64,000 bases of DNA, taken from the NCBI GenBank assembly GCA_963806855.1, contig CAWDYW010000003.1:256001-320000 (forward strand), read 5' to 3'. A model generated the notes under the pieces. It saw nothing but the letters and a program-made list of their open reading frames with translations, was not told the origin of the DNA and did no database searches. Source of the stretch: an uncultured Verrucomicrobiae bacterium. GTDB taxonomy: Bacteria; Chlamydiota; Chlamydiia; Chlamydiales; Rhabdochlamydiaceae. The number at the start of each line of letters is the position of its first letter. Within the stretch, counting starts at the first letter, position 1. The position numbers were made by a program, and so were the translations under genes. Shown here piece by piece: positions 30,650 to 40,965 of the stretch.

Positions 30650-33600
30650 CTATTGTGCTGTCTTGTTCGCTACAAACTTTTTAAGCTCGGTAAGTTCCGG
30701 TTTTTCAATTGTCGCTAAGACAGCATGCATTGCTTTGGCAACCTCTGGATCATTCCCAAGGGCATCGATTATAAATCTCGAATAGACCTTAAAGCTTTCC
30801 TTATCGTTGATCAATTCGCAAACGAGCGTTGTCAATTTGGTGGTCAGATCGGTTTTGCAGGCGGTAAGCTTTTGATTGAGCCCTTTATGCGAAGAGAGGG
30901 CAAGGATCCAAAAAGCGATGAGCTCGAGTTTGAAGGTCGGCTCTTTGATTTTTAGCAGCAGTAAGTAGCACCGTTTCAACCCTTCGTTGCATAGACGTTC
31001 TACCGTTTTAATAAAGTTTGGGTTCGCGACCGTGGTGTGACGGATGATCCGTGCCACTGCTAGGATATTTAGATAGGATCGGTTAGGGTTGCCTTGTTCT
31101 TTTTCCGCGAGAAGGCTGGAGGTCATCTTCTCCATCGACTCATTGCTTAATCCATTGATGAGATTATGCCACTGTAATGCGGAGAGGCAATCGGAATTTG
31201 GCATTGCAATAAATAATTTACCCATGGGAATGATGCAGCGATTGATAAGGTGAGGATCCACTTTTCCAAATCGTTCTTTGACCCGGTTGGGATGGGTGCA
31301 GTTCATAAAGACTTCAGCTACTAGAGGGGTGATCTCAGGACGTCGATTTTCGCAGAATGCCATACAAGAGCAAAGGGCAGATAAGATAGAATCCCAACCA
31401 AAAGCGAAGCCGGGAGATGCCTCTTGAACCCAAGCAAATGTCATCAAGTTATTAAGAAAGTGAAGAACCAAAGGGGAGATTTTTGGATCTGGGAGGTTCA
31501 AAATATCAGGAATGGCATTTCTGAAAGCGCCGACAGCGGGTTCTGAGTCGACCATGACGCCAGTTTTCAAAAAAGGGATGGTGCCCATGAGATCGGTTAG
31601 CGCCTGTGTTACAGGTTGAGCTTGTAAAGGGCGAATAGAAAAGATTAAAGAGCAGAGAAAGAGCTCTACCCGCTTTCTCATTACAACTTTTAAGCTTTCC
31701 TCAGGGAGATAGGGTTCAAAATCTTCCTTGTACATTTGTCGAAACTTTTCGAGGAATTCGAATTTGTCTTCTGGATAATTTCTCATCGAAAAATTCAGAT
31801 AATTCTTGATGCTCAGAAAGAAGAGCTCCGCATACCGTTTGCGGACCTCGGCTTCGTGGTTGCGGTAGGTAAAGAGGAGTTGCTCCCATAGATTTTCTAT
31901 TCTTCTATGATCACACTCACTTCCTTTTTGAGAAGGGGAGTTAAAGCTGCACAGCGTAGTCAGTAAGAGGTTTTTTTCTAGCCAGGAGAGCTGTGTGAAA
32001 AACTCTTGGGAGGCGCACAAATCGATCCATTCCAAGAAAATCTCTTGTGCCTGGGGTGTTTTCGGAACAAAGCCATACTGAGAGTAGAATTTCAATAGTT
32101 TAGGGATATTGGTTAGATCGCCACTCTTGGCTTGCTCCATTTGTTCAAGACACCATCGGAGACCAACCGCGGAGAGGGCTTCTTCCCGTTGTTGAGCCAG
32201 ACTCAAGTTAAATACTGCCTGAAATTCAAACTGAAGTTGCTTGGTGGGATTCCCAAACTTTTGGATTAGCGCCGGGCTTAAATCAAAGGCTCTAATTTGG
32301 TGCAAGATTGCAGTGCGATTTGGGGGCGCTTGATTCGAAATGAAGTGGATTGCGTTGTTAAGGCATAGGGGGGTGAACACTGAGCTCGATTCCCCTTCTA
32401 ATCTCTCCGCATAAGTGAGCGCTTCTTTTAAGAAGAAATCGACAAAAGCGTTATGTTCTAGCTTTGCCAAAAGATGTTGAATTGCATTAAGCCAATAAGG
32501 CTCATCAGCCAGTTTAAACTGCTCTATCGGATGGTTCTGTAGCCAAGTCTTCCAAATCTCCTCCAAAAGCTCTTTAGGTGGAGCAGAGCGAATCAAACGA
32601 TCCCAAAGTTCCCATGATGGGGGAGGGGCTTTCTTTAAGAGGGCGAGCGCTTTGCAGTGATCATTTTGCGTCAGCGCCTCATCGATTTGCTCTTCTAGAG
32701 TTGGGACGCGAGGGATCAGCTCGGCGATGGATCCGGTGTTCTTGTAGGTCTCTAAATGCCTTTTCCTCTCTTCCACACCAAGTGCACGGCACTGCTGTAA
32801 GCATTCTTTTTCTGTGCCAGATGTGAGCGATAGGAGTTTGTCAAATAGGGAAAGATTGGCAGGATTGCGCAAAAGGATCTCTGTTAGTATAGGCTTCCAC
32901 ATTGCTTGGTCGAGAGATTTTGCATCTAGGCTTTCGACGATGACTTCGAAATCGCGGCAAGGCTCTGCACTGGCAAGTGCCATCGGCGCTACCCAACGGG
33001 CATGTTCTTCTCGGGCGATGCCTTGTGAAACGCAGAAACGGGTAAATTGCTGCCAAGAATCCTCTTTGCGTAATTGCCCTAAAATCCACGTTTGGTCGAG
33101 AGGCTCTCTCATCACAGCAGAATTGCCTGTCAGCTGAGCAAAAGTGGCGTAGGCTTTAGCGACACGAAATTTTTGCTCTCTCGATAGTCGTTGTCCTGGA
33201 CGGGTAATCCTCATTTCAAAACAAGGGGTCGCCTCTGTCACCGTTGCAACGGTTTCGAGGACTTTGACCACCTCTTCAAGGGAAGAATCCCCCTTTTGCA
33301 AATGAATCAGCAAAAGGGCCAGTCGATCCCATCGTTTCCATCCGAGAGCTTCTTTCACCAAAAGATCTGCTAAGCGAGGAGAAGAGCTGAGGTCCCTAAG
33401 ATGATGGTCTATAAGCTCTCTTACTTTCGGCTCGTAGCTAATCGCAAAGGAAAAGGGTGGGTTTTGCCCCTTCATACGGATCAAATAGGCGCCGAGTAAA
33501 TTGAGCCGCTCCTCGGGTGAGAGGCGAATTGCTTTCGGATCACATAGTTTACAAACCAAACAGAGTGCAAAAGGAAGCGCTTCTTCGGGCATTGTAGCAG

Positions 33601-34516
33601 CAGCTCTTTCTAGAAATTCTGGCCGCTTCTCAATTTGCTCATCACTCCAGACTTTGGAGAGGACTGAAAGATCTCTGCAGGTGAGAAGCTCCTCAAAAAC
33701 TTCTTGTCTGCTCTCTTTTTCAATTAAAGGTGCAAAACGTGTTCCAGCAAAGACCTCTTTCATGCCGGGCTTATCGATAAGGTCAGGCAGAGTTAGTGCT
33801 GGGACGATATCGGCAGGATCCCAACCCGCGCACTTTAACAAAAAGAGAAATCGGGTCGCTGTGGCAAAGTCTTCATATCTGCAAAAACCTTGGTAGAGCT
33901 CGATAAGCTGAGACTGAGCCGCTCGTATCAGAGTTTGTGGAGGGGCAGCGGGTAAGGTGGGCAAAAACAATGCCATTGCTTTTGCGAGGCAGGCGAGGGT
34001 GGCTGGTTCATTAACTTTGAGGTTGTGGGATAGGTTTTCTAATGTGTGCGTGAGGTCTAGAGGCAGCACGAGGTAAAGAGGGGGATCATGATCCCATCTG
34101 ATCTCAACTAGCTCTTCTGAGACTCTTCTGCAATGGGATCCATTACTCGCTTCTAAATAACCAACCAGCTGCAAAACGGAAACGATGAGGTTAAAATCAT
34201 GAGACACAAAGAATTGGCCAAGAGGAGTGCTCAGAGTGATTGTTGAGCATCGTGGCGGAGGCACTTGCAGCCGACAAAACAGCGGGTGGGCATTGAAAAA
34301 AAATGCCATGAGCGACTCATCCCCCTTAGGAAAATCCAATTTCCCCAGAGTAAAAGCTGTGGTCAGCTCCATTGGGGTCAAATTCTCCGGAGGGTTGGCG
34401 CCAGAAAAGCCCTTCGTCGTGAGATTGACCCAATACCTCTTTAATTCTTCTGTTCGAGGATGAGCGACGGCAACCGCTTGAGCTTCAGGAGTTGGATTGA
34501 GAGCTACAGGTCTCAT
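30650..34516 (-). CDS. Large hypothetical all-helical protein (putative effector)
   Basis: 1288-aa uninterrupted ORF; no motif recognised. Confidence 0.75.
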   Translation of the reverse strand: MRPVALNPTPEAQAVAVAHPRTEELKRYWVNLTTKGFSGANPPENLTPMELTTAFTLGKLDFPKGDESLMAFFFNAHPLFCRLQVPPPRCSTITLSTPLGQFFVSHDFNLIVSVLQLVGYLEASNGSHCRRVSEELVEIRWDHDPPLYLVLPLDLTHTLENLSHNLKVNEPATLACLAKAMALFLPTLPAAPPQTLIRAAQSQLIELYQGFCRYEDFATATRFLFLLKCAGWDPADIVPALTLPDLIDKPGMKEVFAGTRFAPLIEKESRQEVFEELLTCRDLSVLSKVWSDEQIEKRPEFLERAAATMPEEALPFALCLVCKLCDPKAIRLSPEERLNLLGAYLIRMKGQNPPFSFAISYEPKVRELIDHHLRDLSSSPRLADLLVKEALGWKRWDRLALLLIHLQKGDSSLEEVVKVLETVATVTEATPCFEMRITRPGQRLSREQKFRVAKAYATFAQLTGNSAVMREPLDQTWILGQLRKEDSWQQFTRFCVSQGIAREEHARWVAPMALASAEPCRDFEVIVESLDAKSLDQAMWKPILTEILLRNPANLSLFDKLLSLTSGTEKECLQQCRALGVEERKRHLETYKNTGSIAELIPRVPTLEEQIDEALTQNDHCKALALLKKAPPPSWELWDRLIRSAPPKELLEEIWKTWLQNHPIEQFKLADEPYWLNAIQHLLAKLEHNAFVDFFLKEALTYAERLEGESSSVFTPLCLNNAIHFISNQAPPNRTAILHQIRAFDLSPALIQKFGNPTKQLQFEFQAVFNLSLAQQREEALSAVGLRWCLEQMEQAKSGDLTNIPKLLKFYSQYGFVPKTPQAQEIFLEWIDLCASQEFFTQLSWLEKNLLLTTLCSFNSPSQKGSECDHRRIENLWEQLLFTYRNHEAEVRKRYAELFFLSIKNYLNFSMRNYPEDKFEFLEKFRQMYKEDFEPYLPEESLKVVMRKRVELFLCSLIFSIRPLQAQPVTQALTDLMGTIPFLKTGVMVDSEPAVGAFRNAIPDILNLPDPKISPLVLHFLNNLMTFAWVQEASPGFAFGWDSILSALCSCMAFCENRRPEITPLVAEVFMNCTHPNRVKERFGKVDPHLINRCIIPMGKLFIAMPNSDCLSALQWHNLINGLSNESMEKMTSSLLAEKEQGNPNRSYLNILAVARIIRHTTVANPNFIKTVERLCNEGLKRCYLLLLKIKEPTFKLELIAFWILALSSHKGLNQKLTACKTDLTTKLTTLVCELINDKESFKVYSRFIIDALGNDPEVAKAMHAVLATIEKPELTELKKFVANKTAQ

Positions 34517-34518
34517 CT

Positions 34519-34944
34519 CTAACGAGAGAGGATCTCTTGTGGTTTAAAGAAGAAAGGGATCTCAGTCTTGGCCGTTTCAGGGCTATCAGATCCATGCACC
34601 GCATTTTTGTCGATTGTCTTCGCAAAGTCAGCGCGGATTGTCCCTGGAGCGGCTTCTTTGGGGTTTGTCGCACCCATCAGCTCCCGGTTTTTGGCAATCG
34701 CATTTGGACCTTCGAGGACCATCACCACGATGGGACCAGAGATCATTAAAGCGACCAGTTCGCCGAAGAAGGGGCGATGAGCATGGACGTTGTAGAAGGC
34801 CTTAGCTTGGTCGATAGTGAGCAACAACATTCTGGCTGCAACCACTTTGAGGCCAGCTTTTTCGAAGCGACTGATGATCGCTCCAATATTATTGTCACCC
34901 ACCGCATCAGGTTTAATGATCGAAAGTGTGCGTTCAGTTGTCAT
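34519..34944 (-). CDS. ndk: Nucleoside diphosphate kinase
   Basis: [33 protein letters not shown]. Confidence 0.98.
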   Translation of the reverse strand: MTTERTLSIIKPDAVGDNNIGAIISRFEKAGLKVVAARMLLLTIDQAKAFYNVHAHRPFFGELVALMISGPIVVMVLEGPNAIAKNRELMGATNPKEAAPGTIRADFAKTIDKNAVHGSDSPETAKTEIPFFFKPQEILSR

Positions 34945-34998
34945 TAGAAATACTCCTTGAATTTTCAGCGTGTTTGATTATAGACTAGTCACGAATTT

Positions 34999-36057
34999 AT
35001 GTCCTATGGAAATTATCCAGATTTGACAGGCGTGCGCCGGATCCTAGTGATCAAGTTGCGCCATTTGGGAGATGTGCTCCTTTCAGCTCCCGTTTTTTCC
35101 TATTTAAAAAAAGTTTTCCCGCACGCCCAAATCGATGGCTACATCTGGGAAGAGGCTCATCCCATGCTCGATGGCCATCCCGCCATTTCCAATTTGATCC
35201 TCCATAACCGGAAATGGAAAAAGCTCCCTCTTTGGGCCCGGATGCGAAATGAGATGGGGCTGCTGAGAAAAATTCGATCAGAAAAATATGACCTTGTCGT
35301 CAACCTCACCGAAGGGGACCGGGGAGTGATTGCTGCGGCAGTGAGCGGCGCTAAAGTCAGAGTGGGGCTCGATCCTAAGGGGAAAAAGCGCAAGCTGCTC
35401 ACACACCTGGTCAAACCGTGCCCCACTTACCGCCATACGGTCGAGAGAGACCTCGATGCGCTGCGCAGGATTGGTCTTTTCCCCGAACTCGATGAACGGG
35501 AGCTATTCTTCCATGTGCCCGAGGAGGCGCGCCGCTTTGCAAAAGAGCGGATGGGGGATGAGCCCTTCGTTGTCGTCCATGCTCCCTCCCGCTGGCGCTT
35601 TAAGTGCTTGCCGCCGCAGCTGATGGCCCAAGTCATCGACGAGCTAGGTGAAAAAGTCGTATTGACCGGAGCCCCCTCCGAGAGAGAATTCGTCCAAGAA
35701 GTGGCGGATTTGACTAAAGGAGATGCGATCAACTTAGCCGGCGAGACCTCCTTGAAAGAGATGGGAGCGCTAATGCAGCTTTCAAAAGGGGTGATTACTG
35801 TCGATTCGGTCGCGCTTCATATGGCGTCTGCCCTGAAAGTGCCCACGGTCGCCATCTTCGGCCCTACTTCAGAGAAGAATTGGGGCCCTTGGCAAAATCC
35901 ACCGAGCGCCGTTGTAGCCCAAACACGCGAGTGCCGTCCCTGTCACCTAGACGGGTGCGGCGGAAGCAAGCGGAGTGATTGCCTTTGGACCTTATCCGCA
36001 GACGAGATTGTCCGGGCATTTAAGGCTGTTTCAGATGAGATAAACGCAATTGTATAA
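34999..36057 (+). CDS. waaQ: GT9 glycosyltransferase, LPS heptosyltransferase III-like
   Basis: ILVIKLRHLGDVLL, SRWRFK, LAGETSL, VDSVALHMASAL..IFGP. Confidence 0.8.
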   Translation: MSYGNYPDLTGVRRILVIKLRHLGDVLLSAPVFSYLKKVFPHAQIDGYIWEEAHPMLDGHPAISNLILHNRKWKKLPLWARMRNEMGLLRKIRSEKYDLVVNLTEGDRGVIAAAVSGAKVRVGLDPKGKKRKLLTHLVKPCPTYRHTVERDLDALRRIGLFPELDERELFFHVPEEARRFAKERMGDEPFVVVHAPSRWRFKCLPPQLMAQVIDELGEKVVLTGAPSEREFVQEVADLTKGDAINLAGETSLKEMGALMQLSKGVITVDSVALHMASALKVPTVAIFGPTSEKNWGPWQNPPSAVVAQTRECRPCHLDGCGGSKRSDCLWTLSADEIVRAFKAVSDEINAIV

Positions 36058-36064
36058 ATTTTTT

Positions 36065-36125
36065 TGCAAAAAGTGACAATTTTGTCACTTTTGTTCTGCA
36101 AAAAGTGACAAAAATGTCATTTTTT
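36065..36125. repeat. Paired palindromic boxes, 32-bp period
   Basis: tgcaaaaagtgacaa at 36065 and 36097; aaaagtgacaa-tt-ttgtcactttt palindrome. Confidence 0.85.
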
Positions 36126-36167
36126 GTCAAGCATCTAATAATCAATGAGTTTTGCGAGCTACCTCTA

Positions 36168-37079
36168 CTAATTGAAATACTGGTAGACTTTCAGCTTAGC
36201 TGGTTTGCTTTTGACCGTTGGAAGTGGATTGCCCCGGATATCAAGCTCTCGCAGCTTAGTGAGCTTACCGAACCCTTTCGGGAAAGAGGAGAGTTGATTG
36301 TCCTTAAGATCGAGTATCCTCAGGCGGGAGAGGGTGCAGATCTCATCAGGGAGCATAGTGAATTGGTTATTGCTAAGAAAAAACGTCTCTAAGTGAACAA
36401 GTTTATCGATCTGGGCTGGTAACCAAGAGAGTTGTTTATTGCGAAGATCCAGTTTTCTCAGCTGAGCAAGCACGGTGTGGTTTTCTGCTGACCATCCGCT
36501 GAATTCCTTTGCTTTGTTGATTGCGTCTTGCGAATTTTTTAGTTGTGTCATACGAGGTCCTTCTAAATGAAGTCCAGGTATTTGCCTTTTGATTTCTTTA
36601 ACTAATTTTCTCCAAAAAACAAGTGTATCTCGAGCTTCAAGCCAATTTTGGAGATGTTCGATCTGTGCAATAGTTGGCTCTTTTAAGATGAGATTGATGT
36701 CGCTTGGTCGATCTGAAATAGCAGTGACTTTTGTTTGCAATTGCCTAATAAAGATCTGTAGTTGATCGCTAATTGCTGAGGTCCCTTTTAACGGGCATTT
36801 TAACCTAATCGCAGTGGGTCTCAGTACATAATCGGCGGTGACCTTTTGCTGCCAGGATCTTGATGTAGAGCCGAGCTTAGCGAGGTCGGGAAGATCGAGT
36901 TTTGATAAGATTAGATCCATTGGAACATCCGGTAATAATTCTAATGGGAACGGTTCAGTTGGGGTTGAGGCTTGATAAGTGTGTCTGGAGCTGGAGCCAG
37001 TCCTGCGGTGCTTCGATGGAGATGTGTCGTTTCGCTGATCTATATATGCAGAATTTTTATCACTCAGAATTGAATTCAT
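36168..37079 (-). CDS. F-box + leucine-rich repeat protein (eukaryote-like effector)
   Basis: LELLPDVPMDLILSKLDLPDLAKLGSTSRSW (F-box); four 23-aa LRRs (LxxLxLxxNxL). Confidence 0.88.
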   Translation of the reverse strand: MNSILSDKNSAYIDQRNDTSPSKHRRTGSSSRHTYQASTPTEPFPLELLPDVPMDLILSKLDLPDLAKLGSTSRSWQQKVTADYVLRPTAIRLKCPLKGTSAISDQLQIFIRQLQTKVTAISDRPSDINLILKEPTIAQIEHLQNWLEARDTLVFWRKLVKEIKRQIPGLHLEGPRMTQLKNSQDAINKAKEFSGWSAENHTVLAQLRKLDLRNKQLSWLPAQIDKLVHLETFFLSNNQFTMLPDEICTLSRLRILDLKDNQLSSFPKGFGKLTKLRELDIRGNPLPTVKSKPAKLKVYQYFN

Positions 37080-37273
37080 TTTTTCCTTTATTTATTAATA
37101 ATAAGCTTATTGTAATTAGTATATATATTAATGTCAATTCTGTTTTTTAAAGATTAATATACTGCAATTAAAGTTAATTAGATTGATTTGCGATAATAAA
37201 TTGAAAAGTTGGGGGAATTCGACAGGCAGACGCCGTCGAAAATAGACTGAACCTGAGTTTTGCGAGCTGCCGC

Positions 37274-38815
37274 TTAACTAAGCTGGGAAGCTTCTTCCCT
37301 CATTTCCTCTTGTACAGCAACGGCTTGTAGTTCGGCTTGATCGCTCTTGACTTTGAACTCTTTCGAGATATGGCGGACTGAGAAGATCCAAGCGGTAAAC
37401 ACGGCAACTAAGATTCCGGCGATGAAGGGGGTGGAGAGGGCGATGCTGCCTGTCCCCAAGATCAGCGCTTGATAGGTCAAGGATGCGCCCGATTTGCCGA
37501 CTCCAGAGCCGAGGCCGTCGATGGCCGCTTTTCCGCGGAGGCGCGCTTCGGGTTCGAGCGCCAAGAAGGCGAGCTCTTTGGAGGCATCGAAGACAGAGTA
37601 TTTGCCCGCTTTTGAGAGGCAGTTCTGCAGCGAGCCGAAATAGACGGTCATGACGAGTGGTGTGACGCCGAAAAGGGAGACGGCGAATCCGGTCAGGGCA
37701 TTTTCGAAGAACATGAAGCTGAAGAAACCAATTGCCATCAGGACCATGACCGCTGGGGTGAGCATGGCGACAAAGGTCCAGCCGAGGCGGCGTACCATCA
37801 CGGAGAAGAGGACCCCGCCGATGGTGGCGATGCAGCCGATGCCGATGGTCACCATGTTCATGTGACGGAGGATTTCATCGGGGGTAAATTGCTTTTTGAG
37901 TTGGGCCTTCCACAGGACGTCGGTGAAGTTGATCGCGATATTGAAGCCGAGGACGATCAACGCCAGGCAGGTGAGGTAGCGCGACTTGGAGATGTAGCGG
38001 ATGCAGTCGCGGACCGAGAGCCGCTTTTTGTTGCTGTTTTTGACCGATTCGGCATGGCTATCGACTGTTTCTGGTTCAAAGGGGACGACTCTCCGGTTGA
38101 TCCAGTAGAAGAGGGCCATGGCCATGACGGCGAAGATGCTGACGAGGACGATTGAGGAGGTGAGCGATTGCTGCATGGGGTCGGCGGATCTCGAAGTGAA
38201 GACCAGGCTGCTGGCGATCAGTCCGAGGAAGCCGCCAAAGATGGGGGAGAGGTTGGAGCCGATATTGAGCAGGCCGTAGCACCGTTTGGCTTGGGGAAGG
38301 GGGGTGATGTCGTTGGCAAAGCCCCAAAAGAGGACAGTGAGGACAATAACCGACCAGAGCTCGGCGATTACATAGAACAGGGTGACCGACCAGTTGCTGA
38401 TCATCGAGATGAGGCCATTGAATCCCGAGGGCAAAATCCCTTTCAAGGTGGCGTCGAGGCTGGTTAGGTGGAGCGTTTCGCTATTGGGGAATAGGACAAA
38501 GGCGTAGAGCAGATAGTAGGCGACAAAGCTGCTGACGAGGATATAAAAGACGTTTTCTCGGCTGAAGAAACTGCGCAGCTTGGTGTAAAACCAGGTGCCG
38601 ATGATTGCGCCGGGGAGCATCCCATAGACTTTGATGAAGGGGATCGCTTCAGCGCCAGAGGCAGCCAAGTTGACCGAGTCTTTCAGGTTGCGCAGGATGC
38701 TGTAGCAGATGCACAAGAGAAAGAACATCACTCCCATCGAAATGATTTTTTTCATTTCATTTCTGTGAACAGGCCAAGCAACTGAGCGCCAAAAACCAAA
38801 TTTTTTATCCGACAT
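37274..38815 (-). CDS. Nucleotide transport protein (NTT/TLC, Npt family)
   Basis: WPVHRNEMKK, YSILRNLKD, FIKVY, YVIAELWS, LFWGFANDIT, KYSVFDASKE, GKAAIDGLG..GKSG; about 12 TM. Confidence 0.93.
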   Translation of the reverse strand: MSDKKFGFWRSVAWPVHRNEMKKIISMGVMFFLLCICYSILRNLKDSVNLAASGAEAIPFIKVYGMLPGAIIGTWFYTKLRSFFSRENVFYILVSSFVAYYLLYAFVLFPNSETLHLTSLDATLKGILPSGFNGLISMISNWSVTLFYVIAELWSVIVLTVLFWGFANDITPLPQAKRCYGLLNIGSNLSPIFGGFLGLIASSLVFTSRSADPMQQSLTSSIVLVSIFAVMAMALFYWINRRVVPFEPETVDSHAESVKNSNKKRLSVRDCIRYISKSRYLTCLALIVLGFNIAINFTDVLWKAQLKKQFTPDEILRHMNMVTIGIGCIATIGGVLFSVMVRRLGWTFVAMLTPAVMVLMAIGFFSFMFFENALTGFAVSLFGVTPLVMTVYFGSLQNCLSKAGKYSVFDASKELAFLALEPEARLRGKAAIDGLGSGVGKSGASLTYQALILGTGSIALSTPFIAGILVAVFTAWIFSVRHISKEFKVKSDQAELQAVAVQEEMREEASQLS

Positions 38816-38821
38816 AACTTC

Positions 38822-39562
38822 CTATAATCTAAAATCTTCTCCAAAATAAGAAGATCTGGCTTCTTTGTTTTCTAATAATTCATTTACAGATCCCGACAGG
38901 AGGACTTTTCCCTCTTGGATCAGATAGCTCCGATCGGCAATTGAGAAAATTTCCCGCGCGTTGTGGTCGGTAATCAAAATGCTAATTCCCTTCTGCTTGA
39001 GATGTTTAATCATTTTTTTGACATCGATCACAGCTAAGGGGTCTATATTGGCAAACGGTTCGTCGAGCAGGAGCAGAGAGGGTTCAGTCACAAGCGCCCG
39101 GGTGATTTCCAGACGTCGCCGCTCTCCTCCCGATAAGCTGATCGCCTTATGCTTGGCGAGCTTTTCCAGATGTAGCTCGGCTAAAAGCTCTTGGAGTTTT
39201 ACCTTGCGCTGCTCATTGCTCAAGGGGAGCGTCTCCAGAATGCAGAGGATGTTCTCTTCCACCGTCATTTGCCTAAAAATCGAAGGTTCCTGTGCCAGAT
39301 ACCCCATCCCGAGGCGAGCCCGCTCATGCATGGGTAAAGTGGTCACATCTTTGTTTTTAAAGTAGACAGTCCCAGAGGCCGGCTCGATCAGTCCAATCGT
39401 CATATAAAACGCGGTCGTTTTGCCTGCTCCGTTGGGACCGAGCAGCCCCACTACTTCCCCCTCTCGCACTTGGAAAGAAAGGCCGGAGACGACAGATTTT
39501 CCCCCATAGGATTTAGTCAGGTTCTGCACTTTTAGGATGATCGGTTTAGCGGTGTCGTTCAT
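38822..39562 (-). CDS. lptB: LPS export ABC ATPase LptB
   Basis: GLLGPNGAGKTT, YLAQEPSIF, LSGGERRRLEI, ILITDHN. Confidence 0.96.
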   Translation of the reverse strand: MNDTAKPIILKVQNLTKSYGGKSVVSGLSFQVREGEVVGLLGPNGAGKTTAFYMTIGLIEPASGTVYFKNKDVTTLPMHERARLGMGYLAQEPSIFRQMTVEENILCILETLPLSNEQRKVKLQELLAELHLEKLAKHKAISLSGGERRRLEITRALVTEPSLLLLDEPFANIDPLAVIDVKKMIKHLKQKGISILITDHNAREIFSIADRSYLIQEGKVLLSGSVNELLENKEARSSYFGEDFRL

Positions 39563-40965
39563 TTGCTATCCCCCTTGTAGAACGGGAACAGTTTTTTCAG
39601 GAGTTCATTTTCGCTCGAGGAGAAAGCGAAGCGGACGTTGCCCACCCCTTTGACGATCTCCTTCTGATCGACACGGTCAATATGCACCTCGCGGGCGCTA
39701 ATCGACAAATCTTGGGTTCTGTCCCAAAACAGCACGTTTCCCCCATCTTTCGAGCTGAGCACCATTTTCTCCTCGGCAGGGAAGTAGACAAATTGGTCAG
39801 CCTTGGCGCAGCGGGATCCCGATTCTTCAATCTGCAACTGGACATTGCCACTCAGATGCAGCTTTTCGGGGTCATAATCATTCGAATAAGCCAGTTCTGC
39901 ATGATCGGAGCAAAGTTTCATCTGATCATGAAAGTATTCAATGGGGTGGTTTTGCGGACTCTCCAGCGTGAGCAGTAGCCGCTCTTGATCGAGTCGCATC
40001 TGGCCATAGCAGATCAGCAGCTGCTTAAATCTAGTGGTCAACTCTGTTTTCCCTTTCGCCACCATGCTACTTAAAATCCACTTGCCCTCTTGCTGCTTCT
40101 GATAGAGCTCCACTTCCTCATCACAATGGAGCGTGCCGAGCTCTTCGTCGCTCACCGAGACATCGCCCTGGAGCGTCAGCTGCTGCGGCTCATTTTCCCA
40201 TGTCATTTTCTTGCAGGAGAACTTCATCCCACGCGGATTCAGTACACCTTTTACCGCCATCAGCACAGCCGTCGAGGTATTGGGGAAGAGTTCCACCCTT
40301 TCGGCCTCGATCAGATCGTCATGATGAGAGAGCTTGCAATTAGGCATCGCCGTGATATGAGGACTGGCGTCGTTGACATAGGTCGCATGATCGGCGTCGA
40401 GAGTGAAATCGGCGCCGTACTCCACCTGCACCTGGCCATCGGCATCGAGTTTGCGCACCTTGTACGAGTCGCCCTCTTTCGCAAATTCGAGATCGGCCTG
40501 CGTGCTGGCGAGCGTGAAATGGTCTGGCCCGAGATTGACAAACTTGATCAATTGACCTGCTTCAGGGAGCAGCTTGCCCGTCATCGCGATGAAATTGAGG
40601 TCGGCTGTAGCGCACGAGATCTTCCCTAAATTCTTTAACGTAATGAGCACATCTTCCCGCAGAGCGATCGACGAGAACGGCCCATCTTTTTCCTCTTTTT
40701 CTAAGCGGGCGCTTCCCGAAGCCAATTTCCCTAGAGCATGATCGACAAGAACATTGCCATTCAGAACAAGCGCATTGCCGTCATAGGAGGCCTTTTTCGA
40801 CGAAATTTCGGCCGCACTTAGCAGAATTGGAAACAGGAGAAGGGCAGTTTTAACGCAAAGACGCAAAGGCGCAAAGACGCAAAAAGAATTATTTTTTTCT
40901 TTGCGTCTTTGCGCCCTTTGCGTCTTTGCGTTGAAAAGGGGCTGTACTATAGAGGCGAGTTTCAT
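39559..40965 (-). CDS. LptA/OstA-like beta-jellyroll repeat protein
   Basis: Repeated ADxAxY...LxGNV motifs; lies between the lptC-like gene and lptB; signal peptide interrupted by a palindrome. Confidence 0.7.
   Translation of the reverse strand: MKLASIVQPLFNAKTQRAQRRKEKNNSFCVFAPLRLCVKTALLLFPILLSAAEISSKKASYDGNALVLNGNVLVDHALGKLASGSARLEKEEKDGPFSSIALREDVLITLKNLGKISCATADLNFIAMTGKLLPEAGQLIKFVNLGPDHFTLASTQADLEFAKEGDSYKVRKLDADGQVQVEYGADFTLDADHATYVNDASPHITAMPNCKLSHHDDLIEAERVELFPNTSTAVLMAVKGVLNPRGMKFSCKKMTWENEPQQLTLQGDVSVSDEELGTLHCDEEVELYQKQQEGKWILSSMVAKGKTELTTRFKQLLICYGQMRLDQERLLLTLESPQNHPIEYFHDQMKLCSDHAELAYSNDYDPEKLHLSGNVQLQIEESGSRCAKADQFVYFPAEEKMVLSSKDGGNVLFWDRTQDLSISAREVHIDRVDQKEIVKGVGNVRFAFSSSENELLKKLFPFYKGDSK
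40848..40937. repeat. REP-like palindrome inside the 5' end of the LptA-like gene
   Basis: aacgcaaagacgcaaaggcgcaaagacgcaaa / tttgcgtctttgcgccctttgcgtctttgcgtt. Confidence 0.9.
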
